A stretch of 63,701 bases of DNA, the filler included, from Choristocarpus tenellus KU-1152 (lineage: Eukaryota > Protista > Phaeophyceae), in assembly GCA_964200185.2 (NCBI GenBank). It is 11 parts of 11 records of this genome, joined end to end, with 100 filler letters (N's around TTAATTAATTAA, not from the genome) between each part and the next. Parts side by side here need not be neighbours in the genome. Positions count along the whole stretch, not along the records: positions 21,742 to 26,372 come from CAXNAD020013716.1; positions 26,473 to 29,843 come from CAXNAD020020475.1; positions 29,944 to 32,817 come from CAXNAD020024023.1; positions 32,918 to 36,744 come from CAXNAD020017700.1; positions 36,845 to 46,341 come from CAXNAD020003629.1; 6 more parts are not named here. One strand, 5' to 3'. Numbering within the stretch: the first letter of the stretch is position 1; each line of letters opens with the position of its first letter. Positions 25,219 through 36,889 of this stretch are shown here, piece by piece. A program made the translations under genes and the position numbers. The notes under the pieces were generated by a model that saw only the letters and a program-made list of their open reading frames with translations, did not search any database and was not told where the DNA came from.

Positions 25219-26372
25219 GTAAGACATGTTCAAGGAAGGATAGGATGTAGTTTACGCTCTTTTACTAGTTCCTTCGCCAAGAGTGATGTGTTAAATACAT
25301 TCCTCTTTATCAGACCCCCCCCTCCTTCACTTCCACCTGTACTCAGACTTAAAAAAATATATATATTGAGGGATGGTTGGCTCAGAAATGTAATTTTTTA
25401 AAATGCTGTCTAGCAGGGCCCTGGTTTGTGACGCCTTGATTTGCTAATTTTGAAATCTCCAGTTGTCCACTTTTAAGGTTATTTGAATTTTCCTGACTGC
25501 TTTGTTCAAGTGCACGCCATCATAGGCACTTGAACTAAGCCATTGGGTTCAACAGCCGTCAGCTTATTACAAAGATAGTACATGTCTTGGCAGAATAGGA
25601 CTCCAATGTCCTGCTGCCAAGAAGAATCTGATGGAAGTCAGTTGATGTTAGGGCACCCCCAACCCCCCTTCTTGTCACTCTCCTGTCCACTCCTCACCCA
25701 TAGCAGAGTAAAATAACCCCTCCCCCCGACCTCCACCCTCTATGCAGCAGCTAGTTCCTCTCACTTGGCATTGAGCCTATTGTTTAACTATATATATGTA
25801 TATTTCCCCCCCTCCAATCGATTGGCTGTGAGGGTTCATGATATGAAGGGGCTGCTGTGCAAACCAATCAAAGAAAGCCATCCTTGACCGTGTAGGGTGT
25901 TTGATCTCTTGCCACATTTTTTTTTACGAGCTCCTTCTTACGTTGCAAGATTGGAAGGATTACTTGATGTCTCCCATCCATTACTGTTGAGACAACTTAT
26001 TATCCCAAATGCATTCTTGCTTTGTGTTAGTTCTTCGACCATTCCTCACCGAGTCGAAAACTAGTAATACGGTTTATAGGACCTCCATTAGATGAGTAGA
26101 GCCATATGTCATGAACTTTGCCACATCAGGTTGAAGTGCCCTCATGCTGGTGTTCTCATCGCCAATACTGAATCATTAGAAGCGGACTAGAGCTAACCCT
26201 AACCCTAACCCTAATCCTGACCCTGTTAACTGCAGTTCTGATGGGAAGGATTCGCTATTGACAATGCCTCACTTACATACCAAAGAACAGGTGCCAAAGA
26301 GCCCACTTTGAGAGTCAGAGACCCTCTTCTCCTATTACAATTATTACTCTTATTATTATTATTATCATTATT

Positions 26373-26472
26373 NNNNNNNNNNNNNNNNNNNNNNNNNNNN
26401 NNNNNNNNNNNNNNNNTTAATTAATTAANNNNNNNNNNNNNNNNNNNNNNNNNNNNNNNNNNNNNNNNNNNN
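26373..26472. other. Artificial contig linker
   Basis: N44-TTAATTAATTAA-N44. Confidence 0.98.
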
Positions 26473-26473
26473 G

Positions 26474-26704
26474 ATGAAGAACGTGGAGGGTTCGTTTCCT
26501 GGTGATTTCACCATCGGTGGTAACCCGTTCGCCTCCTCTTGGGATGCTATGTCTGAGGAGACCCAGGCGTCTAAGAGGGCGATCGAGCTCAACAATGGAC
26601 GGGCGGCACAGATGGGGATCCTGGCGATGATGGTACACGAGGAGCTGTCGAACCAGCCGTACATCATCAACGACCTCGTGGGCGCGTCGTACTCCTTCAA
26701 CTAG
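26474..26704 (+). CDS. lhcf: Fucoxanthin-chlorophyll a/c binding light-harvesting protein (Lhcf), C-terminal part
   Basis: FPGDFTIGGNPFASSWDAMSEETQASKRAIELNNGRAAQMGILAMMVHEELSNQPYIINDLVGASYSFN*: helix-3 ELNNGRAAQMG motif and a tail typical of brown-algal FCPs; 5' truncated by the contig start. Confidence 0.97.
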   Translation: MKNVEGSFPGDFTIGGNPFASSWDAMSEETQASKRAIELNNGRAAQMGILAMMVHEELSNQPYIINDLVGASYSFN

Positions 26705-27964
26705 GTTGTTTTCGTTGATGTTTTGGCATTTTTAGAGAAATCAACGGTGTTAGTAGTACTATGATTCGTTTTGGCATCCTTGGCTGCTGTTATGGCGAGT
26801 TGAGTGGTTTTGGATGGCTTCTGTACAGTTGAGCGGATCTGGTTCTGTTTGAAATCTTGACATTCAGGTGGTGGTTCGCCCGCACCGACCTTGGTAGCAT
26901 GAGAGTAAATCAATATATTAATTTAGACAAAACATGCACCATCATCGACTGTGCATTCCACGGGAACCTTCATGATGTCATTTTATTGTATCGATTGCTC
27001 TGAAGTACTTCTTAGTATAATGCTTGTGGTGGTGATGCCATACTAACCCACCTGTGTGTCTGCTGAGAGTGGCCGTCTACTATTTGGTGTTGATAGTGCT
27101 GCTGGTGTGCAGGGACAGCATGCTCCCCTCCGTTGAGAAGGATTGTTGTTTTGTCAGTTTAAATCCGAATATATATGTGTGACGATGAACATAAAATAAT
27201 AGGTTGAACATATTAATTTGATAAAAAAAATTTGGTGAGGTGACGTACCTACAAGTAGTTGTTTCAATGTACAAAGTATGTTGTAAGAGCCCACGTAATG
27301 GATGTATCCGGACTGAATGACAGTGTTGTTGCAAGTAATAAAGCTGTGTATCTAACATTAATGGTAGAGGAGCTCCAGTTGTATAGGTGTTTAGCGCGGT
27401 TTCTCTTAGTTGTGGGAATCAAAGAGGTTCTTATTCATGTGAGCTCACTAGGATGATCTTGAGGGAAGTTACCAGTATTTTACGATATTTCTGTAGGGTG
27501 AATAATACCGAAAGGTCATTTATGTTGTACAGATGCTCCTGATACTACCGTCTCACAGTGTGTATTGTTCTGTTGTTCGGTTGTATGTGGAGGATTAAGT
27601 ATAAAAATGGACTACTGTATCATTGCTGCTATTATGACCCATACATCATACGGGCAACTTGAATCCTCTGCTGTTTTTTGTCAATCTTTTGGAAGCATGT
27701 TCATCTGATGTATGCTATACATTGGACTGCAAGACCCCAAATCTACCGTGTTCTTATCTCACACTGGGTGCGACTCTACCGTAATGCGCAATTTAAGCAG
27801 ACTGTAGGAACAGGCAAAAATCTAACTGCAGATTTGACGGTGGTATCAAAACTCGAGTTTTCCCTTGTGTAAGTCGAAATGTTTCTGCAAAATCTACAAA
27901 AAAATATGTGTTACAGGTGGTATGTCGTGATGGCGATTTCATAAACACCATTATGACCTTGAAA

Positions 27965-28020
27965 TCAACACTTGAGACTCTGAATCTCATTCCTGAGTTC
28001 GGGTCTCAGTAGGATCTCCA
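27965..28020 (+). pseudogene. 5'-truncated tRNA-Gln(CTG) copy ending in genomic CCA (reads as an extended PBS on the minus strand)
   Basis: TGAGA-CTCTGAA-TCTCA anticodon arm (CTG), CTGAG-TTCGGGT-CTCAG T arm, TAGGATC-T-CCA 3' end; no matching acceptor 5' strand or A box upstream. Confidence 0.75.
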
Positions 28021-28472
28021 TGTTACAACACATTCCAAAACTCACCTCCACAGGTTATGCAACTCAAATTCAACGACCTGAGAACGACAGTATGTGGGTG
28101 TCGCCATTGGTGTCAGTTACTTGGTTGTCAGACACTCTACTCTTGATGCTTCACTTAGTGCTTAGCTCAAAGCTTGACTTAATGTTTGGGTCAAGATAAA
28201 GAATGAAAGAGGGGTAATGTATGGTTTCCAAAAATCTTCTTATATTATCGTCATCCACCCGATCTATTCAAACTATAAGGTAAAACACATCTGCAAACTG
28301 CTGTATACATTCTCCAATCATAAACCTTTATTCTGCAACTTTTAGGAATTTTGACGTTTCTTTTGTAAGGTTACGTATGCATTACGAATCTTACTCTGCA
28401 TCTTCTAAGTAATCAGCATTTATTCTATGTGCTACTTATCTCGTATGCTGCTTGTGCTATTCGCCTGTAACA
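28021..28472 (-). mobile_element. Putative LTR (TGTTACA...TGTAACA) next to the tRNA-derived PBS
   Basis: Perfect 7-bp terminal inverted repeat; the minus strand reads ...TGTAACA-TGGAGATCCTA (LTR end directly followed by TGG). Outer boundary uncertain. Confidence 0.45.
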
Positions 28473-28898
28473 TATCTATCTCATTTCCCTCCTCCTAGGC
28501 TAGACACTCAAGTACTTCAGCTTTTTTTTTTCACTACAAAATCCTATGGAGGGAAAGAAGGGCACAAAGGGGGCTACGACAGCGAATACCTGGTTGATCC
28601 GAGGATATTTCTATTGTGACTGTGAGTGTCAAATGTAAATATATGCTAATTGAAAGACAGGGTGCCATTTTTTGTCAACAACCCACGTTAAATGTTAACA
28701 TCCCGAGTATGCAAATGTACGATATCCTAGAGTGACCTTTTCTGACTTTGAATTAACCCCACGAAGCAAGTGAGCGAAATAGACTTGTAATGGAGTAGTA
28801 TGTGGACTACAACAAAAAATGACCCTACAGAGACCAAACTCAAAACAAAATTCGATTACCAACAGGTGCAAGACATTAGGGATAACCCCCCCTCCTAG

Positions 28899-29788
28899 TG
28901 TAGCTCTCCTTTAGCATTTACAAAACAGGCACAACGTTGTAGAAATGAAAACATCTCATATCATAGCTCCCCTTTGGCAGTTACAAACAGATAAAGCACT
29001 TTGGAAATGAAAACTAATTGTCGTGTAGCTCTTCCTTGGTTACTTACAAAACAGGTACAAACATAATCAAAACAAAAAAATGTCGTAATGTAGTTATCTT
29101 TGGAGGTTACAAAACAGGTAAGACACAATAGAAATGAAAGTATACAGAAATATATCTCCTCTATGGCAGTTACACAAAACAGATACATCCAAATAGAAAC
29201 GAAAAGATCTCGAATTGTCGCTCTTCTTTGGCATTGACAGTTACGAAAACGTACAATACAGTAGAAATGAAAAAACTCTCAATGGCAACCTTTTTTGCAA
29301 GTTACAACAATGGTAGAACATCGCAGAAATGAAAAAACTCTTGATGTAGCTCCTCTTTAGCAGTTACAAAATAGGTACAACACCACAGAAAAAAAATGTC
29401 GCAGTGAAAGTTCCCTTTCACAGTTACAAAACAGGTACGACATAGTACAAATGGATATACCTCGTCATACAGCATCTCTTTGGTCGTTGATAGTGGGGTG
29501 ATGGCCCACGGATTAATGCTGGATTAGTTCCCCAGCTTCTGATTTTGTTAAACAATGAGATACCAATGTTTGACACTCTTACTCTCTGGCGTTTACAAAA
29601 CAAAGTTCAACATAGCTGAATTAAAAATGCATCATAATGTAGGTCCTCTTTGGAACTAACGAAACTGGTGCGCATCTCAGAAACGAAATGTCTCGAAATG
29701 TAGCTACATTTTGGCAGCTACAAAACAGTAATGAAACACACTCTTGATGTAGCTCCTCTTTGGTAGTTTCAAACCGGTAAATCGCAGT
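28899..29788. repeat. Degenerate ~62-bp tandem array, about 14 units
   Basis: Approximate consensus TGTAGCTCCTCTTTGGCAGTTACAAAACAGGTACAACATAGTAGAAATGAAAAAATCTCGTAA; one unit interrupted by ~90 bp of unrelated sequence (~29485-29575). Confidence 0.88.
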
Positions 29789-29843
29789 GGCTCAAAGTAT
29801 CTGGGGGGGGGGGTGGTGGCTGTCCATTTGGGCCCAATTTTTT
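29789..29843 (+). mobile_element. End of poly-G sister TIR family at a contig break
   Basis: GGCTCAAAGTATCTGGGGGGGGGGGTGGTGGCTGTCCATTTGGGCCC. Confidence 0.78.
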
Positions 29844-29943
29844 NNNNNNNNNNNNNNNNNNNNNNNNNNNNNNNNNNNNNNNNNNNNTTAATTAATTAAN
29901 NNNNNNNNNNNNNNNNNNNNNNNNNNNNNNNNNNNNNNNNNNN
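29844..29943. other. Artificial contig linker
   Basis: N44-TTAATTAATTAA-N44. Confidence 0.98.
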
Positions 29944-29995
29944 CAACTGGACACCCTGGTGTAGACCCCCTCCCCCCCCCAGATACTTCGGATCC
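29944..29995 (-). mobile_element. Probable end of poly-G sister TIR family at a contig start
   Basis: CCCCCCCCCAGATACTTCGG. Confidence 0.5.
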
Positions 29996-30789
29996 AAGCG
30001 TCAGCTATGTTAAGTCTCAACCGAGGATTATTTGCTCATGTGGCGACGTCCAGTATATCGGTTGATAAATTGGATACCTTACGCACGACAGACTTACAAT
30101 TTGCCGACATTGGACCATTACTGACCGTAGAGAAAGGCCTAGCTGCCGAAAATAGAAAATTGAAGGCAAAAAGACATACCCCCAATTCCTGAGAAAACCT
30201 CCCGTCCATTGACTCCAATGCTGCCCAAGCCCCACAATTCCCGTCCGACTTGCGAGTTTGAAGGGTATCACGCACAATCACGTTGGGGGCCTGCTGTGGA
30301 TGAATGTTGGGCCAAACTATAAGGGCAACAACTATCGTCCCCCAAGGAAATTTCGGGAATGGCATGCTCGACGGGATCGACATGAATTTCAAGCTGAACA
30401 GTCATTAGATCGTTTAGTGTCAGCGCTTACTGCTCACCTGACGACTTCAGTGTGTCTGGTACCCGCGAGTTCAAACACCGACCAAGACGACAACGAACCC
30501 GGCGAGAAACGAGAACTAGTCAGAAACAGGGGTGTCTTGTAGGGTCTGTTTCCCCGGAACCTGTAGGGTTAGAAAACCAGAGTAGCACTAGGGACTTGTT
30601 GTTTAGGGCAAACTCAGATGTTGAAGAGATAGCACCTAAGACACAACGTTATAACCTTTTAAGGTCTGCGAACCAAAAATCGTCACAAGCAGGACATGTA
30701 ACAACGGTTGCATCTGCTCTTTCTTGCTCCTCATAACCAATTTTGGGTGTGGGTAAAGTTTCTTTTACACCTCAAATGTGTTGTTCCTC

Positions 30790-32592
30790 TTTTTCATATT
30801 GCTAGCAGACAATACATCCTATAATATCACTGTTCAGGAAACTCCATTTTTTCTCATGTTTGGAAGGCGCCCAATAATTACCCATTGACCTTATCTTGGG
30901 ATCCCTGAGGCCACCCTCATAACCGTACAAGAATACAGTACGAGAACAGTGGAGAATGTACAGCTAGCTTATGGATTAGCCGGGCCAATATTGGTGAGAT
31001 GATCCTAAGGAACGAGTCTAAGAATTAACCATAAACTCCCACTATATGAACCCAGAGATAAAGTGTGGCATCACAAACCACATACTCCAGCTGATGCACC
31101 AAACCCCAAGTTATTGTCCCCATGGAGTGGACCGTATGACGTTAAGGCAGGCGTAAAACTCCCGTTGTTTATCGCGTAGAACGCTTGGAAGACCGATGGG
31201 AAGTGAGTTCATGTGGCAAGACTTAAACCTTCCAGGGAAGGGACGGCCACTGAACCCAACATCAATGCCCTTAAGTCACTCTTTTTAGACCGAGTATTGC
31301 CGGAACCGAACCTTGATCAGGGGAAAAAGACAGAGCCAACTATTGGGTCTTACAATGTAGAGGGCATTGTTGACCATAAGTGAGGTGTATGATTAAAAAC
31401 CACTCGCCATAATGTATGTACCGGCTTCACTTTCAGGGATATTCGCCTGCCAACGATGTATGGCGCAAACCCGCTGAAAAACCTGAATGTGCAGGGATGA
31501 CTGCAGCCTATATAGGGAGCCCAACAAGTTAAATCTCCCTAACGTAAGAGCTACTGACTAAGTGACTTGTCACAACAGAAAGACGCCTGTCACTACAATA
31601 GTCGAAGAACTTCAACTACCGACAACTGGACGTCCACCAGATAGCAACCGAGCCTCCTCTGATACTTGTGATATCCCTACTTGTGGATTAAAAAGTACGA
31701 TGAATGCCTCTATTCTAGTGGGTTGCCGGCCTGGTGGGTTGCCACCAGATTCCACAGATAGGGAAGACGTTTCTTTTTCACAGCAAAGATGGCGGAAGTG
31801 ACGCCAGTATTTGTTGAGGCCACACCATGGCTCAGTCCGGGTGGTATTTAGAGCTGATCTATTAGATGACTTCAGGCCCGTGGGGTAGAAAGATTGCTCT
31901 TATCCAGAGATATTAACACAGGTCGGTCCTATCTGTGAGAAGCACGCATATGTTTTCAAAATATTAATTACCGTGGGTATAATATTTTTCTCACTGCGCT
32001 TTCCACCCGTTAACACAGATTTCACTTGGACTAGAGTGCGATCTAGGGCTGATTACCCACCACTAGTGTCCCACCTTTTAATTTTTCGGTCTTGAGTTAA
32101 TTCAACCAGGGTTTTTCTTTTTTTCCTCCCAAGAAGGACCTGTCCGACATGAAGTGCTGGGCAGTCACTTTTGTGTTTGTGTCGGATAGAATACACATTG
32201 GGGGGGGTGTAATGTCAGGGACAGGTTCCCATTTTGGGATCTCCGAGACACAGTCGTGAATATGACAAGCGGCCGGATACATTTGCGCGCGCTAACCACA
32301 TCATTGAACTCACCCATACCGACCAGTTCATAACAACGAACCAAACCATGTGATCCGGATTTGACCAAACACCCAGAAAGACGGTCAGAACGAAGATCCA
32401 TTCCGATTCTGACCAATTCATTCCTCTGCTGAGACACCGTTCAGTCATTCTGGGACATCTGTTGGTTTTTGTTCTATTCTGGACTTCCTCAACTAACTTT
32501 GAGATGTTGGGTCAAGACCTGTGAAACTCTGTCCCGCCCTCTGAGGTGTAAGAGTTCATTCAGTCTGGTGATTGTGATTGTCTCCTTCTACA
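30790..32592 (+). mobile_element. Decayed Ty3/Gypsy chromovirus: integrase C-terminus, GPY/F motif, chromodomain, PPT and putative 3' LTR
   Basis: LLADNTSYNITVQETPFFLMFGRRP (integrase core end); YEPRDKVW...KLLSPWSGPYDV...VHVARLKP (GPY/F); SYNVEGIVDHK*...YRLHFQGYSPANDVW..AEKPECAGMTAAY (chromodomain ~31348-31511); several stops and frameshifts. 30000-30740 may be a gag remnant. Confidence 0.85.
32208..32592 (+). mobile_element. Putative 3' LTR (TGTA...TACA)
   Basis: A G8 polypurine tract at 32200-32207 directly precedes TGTAATG; candidate end CTTCTACA at 32592. Confidence 0.55.
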
Positions 32593-32694
32593 GAGCGCTT
32601 TGACGCCTTGGTCTCAAGGATAAAAAGTGGAGTTGGAGTGTGGTGGATAGTATCCCTACCATGGTAGTTAGTACATAGATCTAAAATTCCAACA

Positions 32695-32766
32695 AGCTCC
32701 CACTGAGAGTCGAACTCAGGACCTACAGCTTACTAAGCTGACGCTCTACCACTGAGCTATAGGAGC
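32695..32766 (-). tRNA. tRNA-Thr (anticodon AGT)
   Basis: Reverse complement GCTCCTATAGCTCAGTGGTAGAGCGTCAGCTTAGTAAGCTGTAGGTCCTGAGTTCGACTCTCAGTGGGAGCT folds to a cloverleaf with intact A and B boxes; TTTT run a few nt downstream. Confidence 0.95.
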
Positions 32767-32817
32767 AACTATTACAATGTTGACTGGATTCATCCTTAAC
32801 GAATCATTGGTGGGTAA

Positions 32818-32917
32818 NNNNNNNNNNNNNNNNNNNNNNNNNNNNNNNNNNNNNNNNNNNNTTAATTAATTAANNNNNNNNNNNNNNNNNNNNNNNNNNN
32901 NNNNNNNNNNNNNNNNN
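32818..32917. other. Artificial contig linker
   Basis: N44-TTAATTAATTAA-N44. Confidence 0.98.
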
Positions 32918-33079
32918 TGAAAGAGTCAAACTTTGTGGGGATGTGGAACAAGGGGAAGGCTCCTTCCCCTCTCCAACTCTACACCCTGAGTTACACTTCA
33001 CACACACCCACATAGCCACAGCCAACCTCTATCCCACAAAAAAAAACTTTATCACCCACAGCACCACAGGACACATCAC

Positions 33080-36000
33080 CTCTGCTGCATTGAGATCTCG
33101 GAAAGCATTGAGAGCACTGGTGTTGTTCATAACAGCTGTCTCCATGATCTGAACTGCCTGGGATATCACGTAACGCCTCTGGAATGGTTGCCTTACACCA
33201 CTGAAGCCCTGCTAGACCAAGCCAATGCATGTTAGTGTGGTGTGTGCATCAAAGTGGACATGATCAGAGGGATGCACGGCATCATCATACAATTCTTTTC
33301 AATTAAATGAACAATCAACTCAGCTGAAAAAAAAACTTGTAGAAATTGGGCAGTCAGCTGATAATTCCTTGTATTTAATTTGTTTCATCCTGTATAAAAG
33401 GGATATTGTAGTAAAGCATACCGTAGTCAGCTTCTCCTCTCACACATGGTCCCAGCCTACAATATTCCATGTGAACAGATTTCTGCACAAATAAATAGTT
33501 GAATATTTGAACAGCCAGATAATTTCAGACAAATGAAAAGGAATCTATGTGCTCCAACACAAACTATTCAGCTAGATTATTCAAACGGAGAATTTGGATC
33601 TTAAAGAGGCATTCGAGTGTAATGAACCTAACAACGGAAAGCAAGATTACGGTATCAAAAACTTATACATTGAAGAAAAAATGAAAGAGGCATTCACACT
33701 GCCAACAAACAACATTGGCAATACAACGCAAGAAGATACAATAGAAAAAGGAAAAAAGTTGGGACAGAAGGATAGGCAGGTTCAACCAAGGAAATTGGCT
33801 CACTAGGAATATCAAGTGTACGCCACAGGTAATTGCTCTGTTCTGGAGGAACTACTATGTCACACTTGCTTTACACAAAGTGCACCCTATCCACTTCTCT
33901 CTTCTGTTGGGGGGCTGTAACAAATGCACTTTGTTCATCAAATAAATTGTTTAACGCCTTGCACACACACTTGCACAAATGCCACAAAACACCACTGGCA
34001 TTCTTTTGAGGCACATTTCAGACCACCATAAGACCACAAAATAAGCACAAAAGCCTGCCAATAACTCTTTTTTTGTATACAGAAACCAAAGCCCCTCACA
34101 TACAGCAAGTCATGCCAATACCACTCCATCTATAGCTATACACACACACACCCCTCCCAGCCCCCTCCACAAACATAAAAACGCTTCCGTAAACTTTATC
34201 CATGTATGTCTAACATTTTAATAAACAATATGTCAAAGTACACACACACCTCTCCGTTCATGTTGAGTAGAACCACATTCAGCAATGCAGGAATGAGGCC
34301 ACAATCTGTCATTGCTGCTGCACCTGATTGGACACTGACCACAGCCCAGACAAGGCTGAACACAGACTCAACCCACCTGATGCAATTAACCCAGGTTGAA
34401 CACAAAGGTGTGTGGGGCAAGGAGAGGGATTTCAGACAGTTGGGGGATAAAGTTGCTTGGTGGTGCATGAAAATCAGTTCATTTCAGACCCGTACACCAC
34501 AAAAAATGTGATTGTAGATGGATGTAAAGCAGTGAATATGTCAAAGTATCTTCAAACAGCCCCTCTCCCATCCTCTGCAGTTAGTTGACATGAGAGAGAA
34601 AACAGAACAAAAAAAATCCATGTCATTAGAATGGTTCTACTATAGGATCTACCTGTAAATTTTGTAAGGGATAGCAAAGCAGTTGACTGTCTTGCAATTA
34701 GAGCACGGTCATGACCGCAATAGCAGATACCTACCCAGTCACAACAATTTCGAGGGGGGGGGGTATCACTATAGTCGTGCACCTCAAAAGCACATACTAA
34801 ATACGCACAGAGCTTCATCTCACCCCAAGAGAACAGTCCTTGGACAACTCGATAAGTTCCAATCTGATCCACAATAACACGAAATCATTTGGCACACAAT
34901 AATACATCCAAAGGCAAAAAATGAAAAACAGCTCACCGTAGCTGATCCAGGTGCCCAGACACAAAAGATGAGCCCCTCCCAATGTCTCCCTCCCTCCTCT
35001 CCCACCCAGGACCCCTGCCTTCAACAGAGGTCACACCACTACCCAACGCAGTCTCTGCAGCTGATGTGGCAGCCTCTACAAAAGCCATACCAAGAGAGAG
35101 GTCTGCATCAGGAGGCGGCTGTTGAGAGGTAGGTCGTTCACCTGGATCTCTAGCCTTTGACTGTAAAACATTACAACGGGTGACGAAGGGGAAAAGAACA
35201 TGGAGGGGAGGGGGGGAGCATAAATATTTCCAAGCAGGCTTGTTCAGACTTGGGCCTAGATTTGTGCTCTTCCATAAGACAGGATCAAAACTCCACAGAG
35301 GTACAGTTATTAGTAGTGTTAAATTTATAACTAGATAGCAACAGCAAAAATCAGGTTAACTATAGGATGCAGCTATACACTCTTCTCAGCGTAGACAAGA
35401 TCAGAAGACATTGCTTCACTGTGAAAAATACAATTCCAGTCTCTTCATAACAAACATCTACACAAGAAAACAAAATTAACAACAAAAGAGTGCTTCAAAC
35501 AAAGAGTATCATTCCGATCAACACAATCTCTCAGCAAAACACACACACCCTACATAATCAAATAATTACTGAAAGGTTAGATAAACCTATCACGCTTGAG
35601 GATACCAAAGAGTGATGCCAAATTATCACTAAAAAATTGAGGGGGTTAGACCATAATTCCATAATTCAGGGTGAGCGTGTACGATTGACTTAACACTACA
35701 GAAGAGTCATCCCATCAACATTAATGTTGCCTTTCAAGAAAGGAAACCTACACACAAATCAATATTACAATATCAGTACACCTCTGAGCTAGGATACTGT
35801 AGTCATCACCCCACCCTCCCTCAACCTCTCACTTCTTCTGATCTCCGATGATCAGCAATGTTGCTGCTTCCCATGCCCCCCCCGCCACTGCCACTGCCAC
35901 CACCCTCCTCCCCATCCAAATCAAGCATAGCCGGCATACCATGCAGAGCCGCAACAGAGTGGCGCACTAGCGATGGGAGCAGTCCACTGTATTGACCTCG

Positions 36001-36630
36001 CATTATACCCAGCTCTTGAAATACGTTAGTATTGCGGGCAACCAGCCCCATGCCTGAACCGCCAGTCCTAGATGGTGCATGGGGGAAACAAGAACAGGGA
36101 GGGGAGGGGGGTACATGAAGTAGGGGGAGAGTGAGGTGGGGTGAAAATGGGCAGGGCTTTGGTGGTGTAGGGGTACAAACTTTAATTATCTACTGCAGGC
36201 TTCATTGCTGTAGGGGCTTCACAAAAGAGTTCATAGCCCAAGGGCAGTAAGAAGCATAGGGAGTGAAACAGCACCTGTATCAGCACCCTTCACGATAATA
36301 TCTGCACTAAAAACTACCCACCAAACCCAACCTTTACTCTCAGCCATCAGTGCTTTCCTTTCCCCAACACCATCCCCCAAATATCACTATACCGACAACA
36401 CTATCTTATTTGCACTACACAAGACACACATAGATCCACACACATGACACAACCACACCATAGTCTGCACCCATACCTTGCATGCACTAATGCAGCCAGG
36501 CAGTGTATGGCAAGGATGCAAACATCAAGTGGTACATGTCCTCTCAGAGCTGGATCAGTCTGAGCCCGGACCAACTCCACCAACTCTTGGATGAGCTCTG
36601 GTTGGGCACTGAAGTAAACCATGAGGGCAT
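33080..36630 (-). CDS. HUWE1/UPL1/Tom1-like HECT E3 ligase, N-terminal DUF908/DUF913 region; exons 36630-36477, 36067-35833, 35160-35043, 34863-34824, 34376-34250, 33208-33080
   Basis: Phase-consistent join: ALMVYFSAQPELIQELVELVR...ILAIHCLAALVHAR|...ELGIMRGQYSGLLPSLVRHSV...|...WVESVFSLVWAVVSVQSGAAAMTDCGLIPALLNVV|...YVISQAVQIMETAVMNNTSALNAFRDLNAAE; matches the conserved PELI.ELV, GLLPSL.R, G..A....GLIP.LL and AV......AFRDL motifs of this family. Confidence 0.85.
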
Positions 36631-36744
36631 CTGAAATGACCGATAAAAAAAACAGGGAGAGGGGTGTGGTTCAAGGGCAGGAGCAGTGGCAGGGGGAATA
36701 TTGGGAGGGGGGAGGGGGGGGGTAGAAACTTTAGATCTGCAAGG

Positions 36745-36844
36745 NNNNNNNNNNNNNNNNNNNNNNNNNNNNNNNNNNNNNNNNNNNNTTAATTAATTAA
36801 NNNNNNNNNNNNNNNNNNNNNNNNNNNNNNNNNNNNNNNNNNNN
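36745..36844. other. Artificial contig linker
   Basis: N44-TTAATTAATTAA-N44. Confidence 0.98.
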
Positions 36845-36889
36845 GATGGAGTGGAAGAAGAGTGGTGGAGGGGGGGGGGAGAGAGAAGT

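Noticed and set aside
28899-29788. CRISPR-like array
   Set aside because: The variable halves are homologous to each other rather than unique spacers, the repeats are highly degenerate, there are no cas genes, and the context is eukaryotic
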